Assembly: GCA_041615815.1 (NCBI GenBank)
Contig: JBFJCP010000010.1
Coordinates: 2,856-66,855 of the forward strand
Source: Gemmatimonadales bacterium
Lineage (GTDB): Bacteria; Gemmatimonadota; Gemmatimonadetes; Gemmatimonadales; GWC2-71-9
Reading direction: 5' to 3'
Length of the DNA: 64,000 nt
Numbering within the stretch: position 1 is the first letter of the stretch; the number at the start of each line of letters is the position of its first letter. Below the pieces are notes generated by a model. The model did not search any database and was not told where the DNA came from. It worked only from the letters and a program-made list of their open reading frames with translations. The translations under genes and the position numbers were made by a program. Below are positions 9,985 through 18,709 of this stretch, in pieces.

Positions 9985-11031
9985 ATGACCATCGATGGTA
10001 CCAGTCAGCGTCGCTCTTCAGTGGTGAGGGTGGCGGCACTCGCAGTCTTTCTTCCGCTGGCGTTCGTGGCTTGCAGCGGGCCGTTTCCGCAATCCACGCT
10101 CCACCCGACCTCCGACTTCGCTGTCGCCATCGACGATCTGTATCGGATCATTTTTTGGTTTGCCGTGGCTGTGTTCGTGTTCGTCGAAGGGCTTCTCGTT
10201 TTCGTGGTGGTGCGCTATCGGGCGAAGCCGGGTGGGGAGGCCAAACACGTTCACGGGAGCACCGCTCTAGAGATTGCGTGGACGCTGGCGCCAGCGGTGG
10301 TGCTGGTGTTCATCGCCGTCCCCACGATGCAGACGATCTTCCAGACCGAGGGGGCGGTCCCAGATGGGGCGCTCGAGGTGGAGGTGATCGGACATCAGTG
10401 GTGGTGGGAGTTCAAGTACCCGGAGCTCGGCATCACGACCGCGAACGAACTCCACCTCCCCCAGGGTCGGGCGGTGGTGCTGGCCATGAGCTCGGCGGAC
10501 GTGATTCATAGTTTCTGGGTCCCCAAGCTGGCTGGCAAACGCGATGTGATGCCGGGTCGGACGAGCCGCCTGATGTTTACACCGGATTCGACCGGCCCAT
10601 ATCTGGGACAATGCGCGGAGTTCTGTGGTGAGTCCCACGCGAACATGCGTTTCCGCGTCATGGTGGATCCCTCGGAGACCTTCGAGCAATGGACAGCGGC
10701 GCAGCTGACCGCGCCGACGCCGGTGGATTCGCTCACCGGACGCGTGCGGCAGGGCGCTGAGGCCTTCCAACGGGTCCGCACACCGGCCAACCATTCCTGT
10801 GTGGCCTGTCATGCCATCGAGGGCGTATCGTTTGGGGTGCTGGGACCCAATCTCTCGCACGTGGCGAGTCGGACGACGATTGCGTCGGGGATCTTGCCCA
10901 ACACGACCGAAGGCCTGACTCGATGGCTGAGGGACCCCGTGGGCGAGAAACCCGGGAGCTTGATGCCCAACATCGAACTCACCGAAGACGAGATCGCGGC
11001 ATTGGTCGCGTATCTCCAGAGTCTGAATTGA
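9985..11031 (+). CDS. ctaC: cytochrome c oxidase subunit II with fused C-terminal cytochrome c domain (caa3-type)
   Basis: ORF 9700..11031 trimmed to ATG 9985 (MTIDGTSQRR..., lipobox-like FVACSG). CuA site HSFWVP...CAEFCGESHANM. C-terminal haem motif CVACH. Confidence 0.9.
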   Translation: MTIDGTSQRRSSVVRVAALAVFLPLAFVACSGPFPQSTLHPTSDFAVAIDDLYRIIFWFAVAVFVFVEGLLVFVVVRYRAKPGGEAKHVHGSTALEIAWTLAPAVVLVFIAVPTMQTIFQTEGAVPDGALEVEVIGHQWWWEFKYPELGITTANELHLPQGRAVVLAMSSADVIHSFWVPKLAGKRDVMPGRTSRLMFTPDSTGPYLGQCAEFCGESHANMRFRVMVDPSETFEQWTAAQLTAPTPVDSLTGRVRQGAEAFQRVRTPANHSCVACHAIEGVSFGVLGPNLSHVASRTTIASGILPNTTEGLTRWLRDPVGEKPGSLMPNIELTEDEIAALVAYLQSLN

Positions 11032-11068
11032 CCAGCGCTTCGCGGGAAGCGATTCGATAGGCTTCGTC

Positions 11069-12880
11069 ATGGCCACTTCCGTAGCTGCCCATCCAGCTCC
11101 AGCCGCCTCGGCGTATCCGAGGGGGCTGTGGAGCTGGATCACGACCACCGATCACAAGAGGATCGGCATCCTGTATGGTGTCACGGCGTTCGTCTTCTTT
11201 CTGGTTGGTGGGCTCGAGGCGCTGCTGATCCGACTCCAGCTAGCGGGGCCCAACGGCACACTGGTGAGTGCGGAAACGTACAATCAGCTCTTCACGATGC
11301 ACGGCACCACCATGGTCTTCCTGGCCATCATGCCGTTGTCTGCGGCCTTCTTCAACTACATCATCCCTTTGCAGATTGGGGCGCGGGACGTGGCCTTCCC
11401 GCGACTCAACGCATTCAGCTACTGGGTCTTCCTCCTGGGCGGGATCTTTCTCAACGTCAGTTTCTTGGTTGGGGCCGCGCCCGACGGTGGCTGGTTCGGG
11501 TATGCCAACCTCACCGCGAAGCAATACTCTCCGGGCTTGAATATCGATTTCTGGGTGCTCGGTCTTCAGATTCTGGGCGTCGCGTCCATCGCGGCGTCCG
11601 TCAACTTCATCATCACCATCGTGAACCTCCGCGCCCCGGGTATGCGGCTCATGCGGTTGCCCGTGTTCACGTGGATGACGCTCGTAACGCAGTTCATCAT
11701 TCTCACCGCCTTTCCCGTGATTACCGTTGCGCTCGTGTTTCTGATGTTCGATCGGTATTTCGGAACCAATTTCTATTCGGTCGCGGCGGGCGGTGACGTC
11801 ATCTTGTGGCAGCACCTCTTTTGGCTGTTCGGGCATCCGGAGGTCTACATCCTGATCCTTCCGGCCATGGGGATTATCTCCGAGGTCGTCCCGACATTCT
11901 CGCGAAAACCCCTGTTTGGCTACGCCATCATCGTCTACTCGGGGCTGCTGATCGCGATCATGGGGTGGGGTGTCTGGGCGCACCACATGTTCCAGACGGG
12001 GTTGGGGCCCATTGCGGATTCAGTGTTCTCCGCCACCACGATGCTCATCGCGATTCCGACGGGCGTGAAGATCTTCAACTGGATTGCCACGATGTGGGGT
12101 GGGCAAATCCAGTTCAAGACCCCCATGCTGTTTGCGCTCGGATTCATCGCCATGTTCGTCATCGGAGGGTTGTCTGGCGTAATGCACTCCTCGCCCCCGG
12201 CCGACCTCCAGCAGACCGATACGTATTTCGTCGTGGCACACATTCACTACGTGCTCTTTGGTGGTGCGATCTTCGGGTTGTTTGCCGGAGCGTACTACTG
12301 GTGGCCCAAGGTCACGGGTCGGCTCCTGAGTGAGCGCATGGGGAAATGGCATTTCTGGCTGATGCTCATCGGGATGAACATCGCGTTCTTCCCGATGCAC
12401 TTCATCGGTTTATTGGGCATGCCGCGCCGGATCTACACCTACGACACCGAACTCGGTCTAGATGCGCTCAACCTCCTGTCCACCGCGGGTGTTGTGGTCA
12501 TCGTGATCTCCACCCTGATCTTCATGTACAACATGTGGTGGACGAGGCAAAACGGCGCCGTGGCTGGAAAGGACCCTTGGGGCGGCGCGGGGCTGGAATG
12601 GGCGATTTCGTCACCGCCGCCGCCATACAACTTCAGCGTCCTGCCGCAAGTCGTCAGCCGGGTTCCTCTGTGGTCGACGAGAGACATGGAGGCCATACCC
12701 GACGTACCGCCTGAACCGGTCCACATGCCAGGTGGTTCGTTCTGGCCGGTAATTGCGGCCGTTGGGATCGTGGCGATGGCGACAGGCGCACTGATCCAGA
12801 CATTATGGGTGGTGTTGGCCGGCGCGGCAGTCTTGGTGGTCAGCATCTACGCCTGGTCCTTCGAACCGTTTGAGATGTAA
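11069..12880 (+). CDS. ctaD: cytochrome c oxidase subunit I (A-type haem-copper oxidase)
   Basis: WFFGHPEVYILILP-type motif (LFWLFGHPEVYILILPAMG), HHMF and VAHIHYVLFGG. 603 aa with extra C-terminal TM segments. Confidence 0.95.
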   Translation: MATSVAAHPAPAASAYPRGLWSWITTTDHKRIGILYGVTAFVFFLVGGLEALLIRLQLAGPNGTLVSAETYNQLFTMHGTTMVFLAIMPLSAAFFNYIIPLQIGARDVAFPRLNAFSYWVFLLGGIFLNVSFLVGAAPDGGWFGYANLTAKQYSPGLNIDFWVLGLQILGVASIAASVNFIITIVNLRAPGMRLMRLPVFTWMTLVTQFIILTAFPVITVALVFLMFDRYFGTNFYSVAAGGDVILWQHLFWLFGHPEVYILILPAMGIISEVVPTFSRKPLFGYAIIVYSGLLIAIMGWGVWAHHMFQTGLGPIADSVFSATTMLIAIPTGVKIFNWIATMWGGQIQFKTPMLFALGFIAMFVIGGLSGVMHSSPPADLQQTDTYFVVAHIHYVLFGGAIFGLFAGAYYWWPKVTGRLLSERMGKWHFWLMLIGMNIAFFPMHFIGLLGMPRRIYTYDTELGLDALNLLSTAGVVVIVISTLIFMYNMWWTRQNGAVAGKDPWGGAGLEWAISSPPPPYNFSVLPQVVSRVPLWSTRDMEAIPDVPPEPVHMPGGSFWPVIAAVGIVAMATGALIQTLWVVLAGAAVLVVSIYAWSFEPFEM

Positions 12881-12882
12881 CG

Positions 12883-13464
12883 ATGAGCCACGCCGTAGCG
12901 CACCATACGAGTACCGGGCTCGACAGCCGCAAGATGGCGTTCTGGGCCTTCATCGGCTCGGAGTGCCTGCTCTTCGGGACACTCATCTCGACCTATCTCG
13001 TGTACAAGGGCCGGAGCGTGGTCGGACCCATGCCGCACGAGATCCTCAATATCCCGCTCACTTCCGTGAGCACCTTCGACCTGTTGATGTCGAGTTTGGC
13101 GATGGTGCTGGCGTTGGCAGCGGTAGAGCGAGGGGACAAGGTCTGGGCCCGGGTGTGGTTAGCGACCACGGCGCTCTTGGGGATTGCGTTCGTTGGGTTT
13201 CAGGTGTTCGAGTTCGCCACATTCGTGCACGAGGGTCTCACACTCCGCACCAACCTCTTCGGATCCACCTTCTTTACCCTCACGGGATTTCACGGCGGAC
13301 ACGTCGTGATCGGGGTGATCTGGCTCCTGACGTTGCTCGTACGGTCGTTCATGGGAAAGCTGGGACCTGACAAAGCGCTGAACGTGGAGATCGCCGGCCT
13401 CTATTGGCACTTCGTGGACGTGGTCTGGATCGTGATCTTCACCGTCGTCTACCTCATCCAGTAG
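12883..13464 (+). CDS. ctaE: cytochrome c oxidase subunit III
   Basis: FFTLTGFHGGHVVIGVIWL and YWHFVDVVWIVIF motifs. 2-nt gap after ctaD. Confidence 0.9.
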   Translation: MSHAVAHHTSTGLDSRKMAFWAFIGSECLLFGTLISTYLVYKGRSVVGPMPHEILNIPLTSVSTFDLLMSSLAMVLALAAVERGDKVWARVWLATTALLGIAFVGFQVFEFATFVHEGLTLRTNLFGSTFFTLTGFHGGHVVIGVIWLLTLLVRSFMGKLGPDKALNVEIAGLYWHFVDVVWIVIFTVVYLIQ

Positions 13465-13471
13465 CGAGCGA

Positions 13472-13786
13472 GTGATGGCTGAAGCAGAGAAATCGGGTCG
13501 GAAACATCCCAGCGTCGATGCCTACCTGGCGGTTGCGGGTGTCCTCACGATCATCACCCTGGTCGAGGTCGGGGTGTTCTACGTCCCGGCGTTTCAGGCT
13601 ATGTTGGCGCCGGTCTTGATCGTTCTGTCTGCGGGAAAGTTCGCGCTCGTCGTGATGTTCTACATGCACCTCAAGGCCGATCACAAGTTGTTTACGCTGA
13701 TCTTCAGCGTCCCGCTGCTCCTGGCGTTGGGAGTGGCTGTGGCCTTGTTGTTCCTGTTTGGGGTATTCGCGACGCAACCCGGTTAG
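13472..13786 (+). CDS. cytochrome c oxidase subunit IV (small bacterial type)
   Basis: About 100 aa with three hydrophobic segments, in the subunit IV position. KFALVVMFYMHLK motif is shared with the paralog at 28881. The start may be ATG 13475. Confidence 0.75.
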   Translation: MMAEAEKSGRKHPSVDAYLAVAGVLTIITLVEVGVFYVPAFQAMLAPVLIVLSAGKFALVVMFYMHLKADHKLFTLIFSVPLLLALGVAVALLFLFGVFATQPG

Positions 13787-13807
13787 CCCGGCTTCCGACA
13801 GGAAACG

Positions 13808-13840
13808 AAGGGGCGCCCAGTTTTGTCCTGGGCGCCCCTT
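13808..13840. terminator. bidirectional intrinsic-terminator-like hairpin between convergent genes
   Basis: Perfect 13-bp stem AAGGGGCGCCCAG / CTGGGCGCCCCTT with loop TTTTGTC, lying between the + stop at 13786 and the - stop at 13865. Confidence 0.6.
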
Positions 13841-13864
13841 CGCGTTCTCGGTTACACGACCGCC

Positions 13865-14425
13865 CTACGGCGCCGGCCTTTTGGGGCCGTCGGCGTGCTC
13901 CCCAGCGGGTTCGTCGATCGGCTCGCCGAGGGGGTGACGCGTGAGCTCCTCCCGCAGCTTGGGGTGCTTTTGCCAGAGGAAGTATCCCATTCCGAGGGCG
14001 GCGATCGCGTTTCCAATGGCGACGTTCCACCAGGCCAGGGCTCCGAGTAACGGTTGGGCCATGACCGCCACCACGACGTAGAATCCGAATTCGAAAATGG
14101 CGAAGAACACGACCACGATGAACAGGGTCGACGGAAAGAGCTCGACTTCGTAGGCCAGCGCGGCGGCGATCACGCCGACGATGAGGAAGGCCACGACGTG
14201 CACCATGGTGTACCCGACCACGGCCGCGAAAATCCGCTCCGGGTCCGTGGCGAAGAGGCTTTGGACTTGTGCCGGGTCGAGTTCACCCCAGAACACCGCC
14301 GATCCGAGCATGGCCGGCGTGAAGAAGGGCTGCCCGTTGATGGCGTCAACGACCAGAAACCAGAGTGCGACGGCGCCCGCTCCGATCAGACCGGCAACGA
14401 ACCCTTCGCGGACGATGCGCTGCAT
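13865..14425 (-). CDS. hypothetical integral membrane protein (186 aa)
   Basis: ORF 13865..15289 trimmed to ATG 14425 (MQRIVREGFVAGLIGAGAVALWFLV...). About four TM segments. The upstream 288 codons are Arg/Pro/His-rich and overlap + strand genes. Confidence 0.6.
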   Translation of the reverse strand: MQRIVREGFVAGLIGAGAVALWFLVVDAINGQPFFTPAMLGSAVFWGELDPAQVQSLFATDPERIFAAVVGYTMVHVVAFLIVGVIAAALAYEVELFPSTLFIVVVFFAIFEFGFYVVVAVMAQPLLGALAWWNVAIGNAIAALGMGYFLWQKHPKLREELTRHPLGEPIDEPAGEHADGPKRPAP

Positions 14426-14545
14426 CTGTCCTCCTCTTGTCGGCAGGCGGGATGCTCGATCAGAGGTTTTCAATATAGGAGTTCTGGACGGGACCGCGAG
14501 GGCAGCATTGCGAGGTCGCCACCGTCCCCTGCATCTTCCCCTCTC

Positions 14546-14908
14546 ATGCGTGCACAAAAGTTTCGGCAGGCAGCCCTTGCGTACCTCCACGTAGGGATTC
14601 TGTACGAAGGTGCGGCCTTCGCGATGTGGAGACGTGGGCTGCTCCCGGCCGATCGCGGTCCAGTCTGGCTCTGGATGTTGTTGGGGGCGGGCATCGTGGC
14701 CGCGGTGGTCTGGGGGCTCTGGAAATGGCAAAACGTTTGGTTCGCACGCATCGTGTGGTTCATCCATGCCGCTCGGGTGCCGACGCTCATTGCCAGCGCC
14801 TTCTTCCCCGCGGTAGACCAGCGTCTGCCGCCCACGTTTTACGGAACCGCATTGCTTGTGGTGGTCATCAACCTCTGGATGTTGGCGCGGGCGGGATGGG
14901 ACGTGTAA
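14546..14908 (+). CDS. hypothetical small membrane protein (120 aa)
   Basis: ORF 14054..14908 trimmed to ATG 14546 (MRAQKFRQAALAYLHVGILYEG...). Three hydrophobic segments. A pyrimidine-rich leader cttcccctctc precedes the ATG. Confidence 0.5.
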   Translation: MRAQKFRQAALAYLHVGILYEGAAFAMWRRGLLPADRGPVWLWMLLGAGIVAAVVWGLWKWQNVWFARIVWFIHAARVPTLIASAFFPAVDQRLPPTFYGTALLVVVINLWMLARAGWDV

Positions 14909-14950
14909 AGGGCACAGGGTGGGAAGCAGAATGATGATTGCAGACTGCAC

Positions 14951-14964
14951 ATTGACGATTGACG
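14951..14964 (+). promoter_or_regulatory. tandem ATTGACG ATTGACG (two overlapping -35-like TTGACG boxes) upstream of the mrp-led cluster
   Basis: Read directly at cacATTGACGATTGACGcgcc, 26 nt before GTG 14990. No convincing -10 identified. Confidence 0.25.
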
Positions 14965-14989
14965 CGCCTTCTGCGCTCGGACGGGTCCA

Positions 14990-15850
14990 GTGACGCGACT
15001 CAGGAGCTACAGGGACGTCGCCGGAGACGATCGTTCGGCGATGCTCGCGCAAGTGCAAGCGCAGCGGGCGCGGGTGAGGTCCCGCCTTGCAGCGGTGTCT
15101 CGCGTGGTGGGTGTGATGAGCGGCAAGGGTGGGGTGGGGAAGAGCTACGTGACGTCGGGTCTCGCCATTGCGGCGCAGCAGACGCGGGGCTGGACGGTTG
15201 GCGTGCTCGACGCGGATCTCCATGGACCCACCGTGGCACGACTTCTCGATGCCACAGGCCCCGTGAGGGTGAAGGGCGACGTGGTGCACCCAGCGGTGGG
15301 GCGCTCGGGGATCGCGGTTTTTTCGATGGATCTGTTATTGGCGGACGAGGCTCCGCTGCGCTGGCGGGACACCAGCGCGGAGCACGCCGTCTCCCGGGGC
15401 TTGCTGGAAGCCGGAGCCTTGCGAGAGTTCCTCGGTGATGTTGCCTGGGGGGAGTTGGATCTGCTCCTCGTGGATCTCCCTCCGGGGACGGCGTCGCTCA
15501 CCGACCTTGCGGGTTTGACGTCCCACCTGACTGGGGTTCTCGCCATCACGATCCCCAGCGAAGAGTCTCGACGCGCAGTAGCGCGGGCTCTCACGGCCGC
15601 CGCATCCTCCGGCGTCCGCGTTTTGGGGATCGTCGAGAACATGAGCGAGTACGTCTGCGGCGAGTGTGGCGCGCGCCAGGAGCTCTTTTCGGGTCAGGCT
15701 GGATCGCGGCTCGCGGAATCCACGGGCGCTCCGCTCATCGGGCGGATTCCCTTTTTCCCGGGCCTGCCGGATCAACGTGCCGAATCTCGACCCGTCCCAC
15801 CGCTTCCTGAGGATGTGGTCGCGCGGTTCTTCGAGGTGATCGAACGATGA
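14990..15850 (+). CDS. apbC: Mrp/NBP35 (ApbC) family Fe-S cluster carrier ATPase
   Basis: Deviant Walker A VMSGKGGVGKSYVTSGLA. LLLVDLPPGT. C-terminal CGECG cysteine pair typical of Mrp/ApbC. GTG start; ATG at codon 18 is an alternative. Confidence 0.85.
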   Translation: MTRLRSYRDVAGDDRSAMLAQVQAQRARVRSRLAAVSRVVGVMSGKGGVGKSYVTSGLAIAAQQTRGWTVGVLDADLHGPTVARLLDATGPVRVKGDVVHPAVGRSGIAVFSMDLLLADEAPLRWRDTSAEHAVSRGLLEAGALREFLGDVAWGELDLLLVDLPPGTASLTDLAGLTSHLTGVLAITIPSEESRRAVARALTAAASSGVRVLGIVENMSEYVCGECGARQELFSGQAGSRLAESTGAPLIGRIPFFPGLPDQRAESRPVPPLPEDVVARFFEVIER

Positions 15851-16302
15851 AGTTTCTATGTTTGGACTGCGACACGCAGATGGCGTTCGATGAGCGGAAT
15901 GTCCCGGGTGATGGCACATTTGCGGCAGCGTTCTCCTGCCCCACGTGCGGTCGGAAGATTGCCATGCTCGCCAACCCCATGGAGACGCAATTGGTGGACG
16001 CACTGGGTGTGCAGATCGGCGGCCGCACGTTGCGCGACCAGCCGTTGGAGCTCGTCCGCGGCAAGTTGGAGGGGCGGGACGATGCGTTCGTGGAGGACGG
16101 CGCCGAGCGGGCGGATGGACCCCCGGACGGGCGTCCCCTCTGGAGCGCGGAAGCCGACGAGCGGCTCGGACGTGTGCCCAGTTTCGTTCGGGGCATGGTG
16201 AAAAAGATCTACACCGAGTATGCGCTGGAACGCGGCATTGGGGAGATCACGCCGGCCGTCATGGACCGTGCACGCGTGGAGCTCGGGCTGGAGGGTATGT
16301 AG
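15847..16302 (+). CDS. Zn-ribbon (CxxC...CxxC) protein with C-terminal PCP_red-like domain
   Basis: ATGA overlap with mrp. N-terminus MKFLCLDCDTQ...FSCPTCGRK has two CxxC pairs. The C-terminus PLWSAEADERLGRVPSFVRGMVKKIYTEYALERGIGEITPAVMDRARVEL matches the fold motif of the BchB/ChlB C-terminal (PCP_red) family. Confidence 0.7.
   Translation: MKFLCLDCDTQMAFDERNVPGDGTFAAAFSCPTCGRKIAMLANPMETQLVDALGVQIGGRTLRDQPLELVRGKLEGRDDAFVEDGAERADGPPDGRPLWSAEADERLGRVPSFVRGMVKKIYTEYALERGIGEITPAVMDRARVELGLEGM
16135..16284 (+). other. PCP_red-like motif copy 1
   Basis: PLWSAEADERLGRVPSFVRGMVKKIYTEYALERGIGEITPAVMDRARVEL. Confidence 0.65.
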
Positions 16303-16545
16303 GTGAGCGACGGGGAAGAGCGACGCGTGTGGGATCTCCGGATCCGGATCGATCGGACGTTGTGTGTGGGCTTCGGCGACTGTCTGGAGGATGCCCCAGA
16401 GGCATTCTGCCTCGACGCGGAGGGGATCGCCATTTTCGCGACCCCAGAGGCGGTGGAGCGCGCGCGACTGTTGCGGGCCTGTGAGGCCTGCCCCGTGGAC
16501 GCTCTCACCGTGTGGGATGCCGCGGGCACGCAGCTGGTCCCTTGA
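16303..16545 (+). CDS. single-cluster ferredoxin (3Fe-4S/4Fe-4S type)
   Basis: GTG start directly abuts the upstream TAG. CVGFGDC...ACEACPVDAL matches the CxxxxxC...CP pattern of small Fer4_13/15-type ferredoxins. Confidence 0.75.
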   Translation: MSDGEERRVWDLRIRIDRTLCVGFGDCLEDAPEAFCLDAEGIAIFATPEAVERARLLRACEACPVDALTVWDAAGTQLVP

Positions 16546-16570
16546 CACGGGTAGCGGCAAGTCTCATACT
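16542..16570 (+). promoter_or_regulatory. sigma70-like internal promoter candidate (TTGACA-17-CATACT)
   Basis: Perfect -35 TTGACA (16542-16547) overlaps the ferredoxin stop. A 17-nt spacer and -10 CATACT (16565-16570) follow. This would give a ~140-nt leader before the USP gene. Confidence 0.3.
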
Positions 16571-16718
16571 CGCCACCGAGGTCGGCGTTGCGCGTACATT
16601 GCACTCGGCGCAGTGGTGCGCGGGATCACGCGGGGCCCTCCAGCGCCGTCGTCCAGTGATACAGCTGTACAAATCCTAGTTGGCCACCCGAACGACCAGC
16701 CTGGCCGGAGGCGGAGCC

Positions 16719-18707
16719 GTGCATCCTCTGTATAGGGAAGTGTTCGTCCCCGTGGACAATTCCCAGCATTCGGATTGGGCTGTCGAGCGTGCCATCGAGC
16801 TGTGCCGCCAGTCGGGCGGTCGGATCACCGGCAACCACGTATACGCCGCCCGCCTGCACGACGTTCGATTTCGCCAGCTCGAGACGGGATTGCCCGCGCA
16901 GTTTCAGACCCCAGAAGAAATCAAGCGCCAACGCAAAGTGCATGACAAGCTGATCGAGAAGGGGTTGCAGCTCATCTCCGATTCGTTCCTCGATCAAGTG
17001 GAAAAGCGGTGTCAGGGTGCCGGCGTCTCCCTCCGCCGTCAGCTCTTGGAGGGCATCAACTACGAAGAGATCGTCAACGAAGTGAACAGTGGTGAGGGGA
17101 CCTTGCCGAGTCTCATCGGCTTCGATCCCAACATCGCGGCAAATTATGACGGTGGGGACAAGGTGCGGAGTGACGTGCGGCTCGGTGCAGACGGACGCAT
17201 CGTGGCGGAGGACGAGGAGTTGGATGAGAAACTCGCCGGGTCTTCGGGTCGTCGTTATGACCTCGTGGTGATCGGCGCTCATGGGATCGGTCGCCAACCG
17301 TATTCCCAATTGGGTGGTGTGGTGGCGCGCGCCATCCGGGGTATCGAAAAAGACGTGCTGCTGGTTCGGGACGATGCATCTCTCAGGGGGGGACGGTTCA
17401 TGGTGTGTGTAGACGGATCGTCCTACAGTTATAAGGCCATGCGAAGCGCGTTGGAGTTGGCGCAGGAGTTCGGGGCGTCGCTGTACGTGTGCAGCGCGTT
17501 CGACGTCGAGTACCATCACGCCGTTTTTCACAATATCAAAGACGTGCTGTCGGTCCGCGCGTCGAAAGTGTTCAAGTTCGAAGAGCAGGAAGAACTGCAC
17601 AACAACATCATCGACAAGGGGCTGCTGAAACTCAGTCAGGCGAACATCAAACGCGCAGAGGTCATGGCGCAGGAGTTTCCCGATGTTCCACTGAAGAGTC
17701 AGATTCTGATCGGCAAGCCGTTTCAGGTGATCTTGCAGTGGGCCGAGGAGATTCAGCCCACGTTGCTGATCTACGCTCGTCATGGGGCCCATCGCATCGA
17801 GGGCACCGATCTGGGATCGCAGGCGGACAACCTCGTGCGCTTGGCGTCGTGTAACACGCTCGTGGTGGGCACGGTGGGCGTCCGCCCGGAGGAGATTCCC
17901 TGGATCGAAGAGGACGGGGAGGCATCACTCCCGTGGGCGCCGGAAGCCGAGGTCCGCATCCAACGGGTGCCGCCGTTTGCGCAGGGGATCGCGCGCAAGG
18001 CCGTCGAGGAGTTCGTCATGGAGCACGGGAGCGACTTCGTGACGAACCAATGGCTCGATCAAGCCATCGCGAAGCTCCTGCCGACACACATGCAGCTCAT
18101 CATGGGGATTGGCACGGCGGAGGAGATGGCTCGGGCCGAGCTCAAGGCGCAAGAGCAGATGGCCAAGACGGAGGTCCGGGGGAGCGAGGCGGATACCGAG
18201 GCGGCGGGTGACACGGTCCAAGTGAAGTGTCCCGTGACAGGGCACATGACGGTCCGAGCGCGGACGGCGGCGGATCCCATGGTATGGACCGTCGAGGCGT
18301 TCGACCGGTTGAAAGCGGTTCCGCTCATCGCGCGCCCACTAGCCCGAAACACGGTGGAACGGTTTGGACGAGACCATGGCTTCTGGCGGATCACGACGTT
18401 GGTCATGGATGAGAACAAGCAGGCGATGATCGAGGCTGACGAGTTCGATGCCGAAACGATGATGGGAATGTTTCGCGAGCTTCGGGCCAAGCAGATCCGT
18501 GCAGAAGCCGAGGGCGGCGATGCCCTCTCGCCCGAGATGCGGCGGTTCATCGAGGAGGCGAAGGCGGCCGGCGTCACTCGGTGTCCCATCCGGGATATCG
18601 AGGAGAAGATGTCGGATTGCCCGGTGGATTTTCGCGTCGCAACACCGGAAGAGGCTCGCGCAGCGGTGGAGCGGTTCATGGTTGAAGGAGAGACGGAGAC
18701 CGACTGA
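16719..18707 (+). CDS. tandem universal stress protein (USP) domains fused to two PCP_red-like domains
   Basis: Longest ORF starts at TTG 16680. GTG 16719 is preferred because GGAGGCGGAG lies just upstream and VHPLYREVFVPVDNSQHS is a typical USP N-terminus. Second USP: RFMVCVDGSSYSYKAMRSALELA...ARHGAHRIEGTDLGSQADNLVRLASCNTLVV. Two PCP_red-like motifs and a Cys-containing tail follow. Confidence 0.75.
   Translation: MHPLYREVFVPVDNSQHSDWAVERAIELCRQSGGRITGNHVYAARLHDVRFRQLETGLPAQFQTPEEIKRQRKVHDKLIEKGLQLISDSFLDQVEKRCQGAGVSLRRQLLEGINYEEIVNEVNSGEGTLPSLIGFDPNIAANYDGGDKVRSDVRLGADGRIVAEDEELDEKLAGSSGRRYDLVVIGAHGIGRQPYSQLGGVVARAIRGIEKDVLLVRDDASLRGGRFMVCVDGSSYSYKAMRSALELAQEFGASLYVCSAFDVEYHHAVFHNIKDVLSVRASKVFKFEEQEELHNNIIDKGLLKLSQANIKRAEVMAQEFPDVPLKSQILIGKPFQVILQWAEEIQPTLLIYARHGAHRIEGTDLGSQADNLVRLASCNTLVVGTVGVRPEEIPWIEEDGEASLPWAPEAEVRIQRVPPFAQGIARKAVEEFVMEHGSDFVTNQWLDQAIAKLLPTHMQLIMGIGTAEEMARAELKAQEQMAKTEVRGSEADTEAAGDTVQVKCPVTGHMTVRARTAADPMVWTVEAFDRLKAVPLIARPLARNTVERFGRDHGFWRITTLVMDENKQAMIEADEFDAETMMGMFRELRAKQIRAEAEGGDALSPEMRRFIEEAKAAGVTRCPIRDIEEKMSDCPVDFRVATPEEARAAVERFMVEGETETD
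17928..18077 (+). other. PCP_red-like motif copy 2
   Basis: LPWAPEAEVRIQRVPPFAQGIARKAVEEFVMEHGSDFVTNQWLDQAIAKL. Confidence 0.6.
18279..18428 (+). other. PCP_red-like motif copy 3
   Basis: MVWTVEAFDRLKAVPLIARPLARNTVERFGRDHGFWRITTLVMDENKQAM. Confidence 0.6.
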
Positions 18708-18709
18708 CC

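Noticed and set aside
11834-11859. 26-nt identity (catccggaggtctacatcctgatcct) between the two coxA paralogues (also 27245..27270) as a sign of gene conversion
   Set aside because: It encodes the invariant HPEVYILIL active-site helix with the preferred codons. The flanks diverge immediately, so constraint is the simpler explanation.
14426-15289. Long N-terminal extensions of ORFs 13865..15289 (-) and 14054..14908 (+)
   Set aside because: The extensions overlap each other and the mrp gene, are Arg/His/Pro-rich, and lack hydrophobic segments. Internal ATGs (14425 and 14546) give compact membrane proteins with a sensible divergent spacer.
16626-17792. 388-aa minus-strand ORF
   Set aside because: Antisense to the USP/PCP_red gene. 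No recognisable motifs. The + strand frame has USP motifs and operon-consistent junctions.
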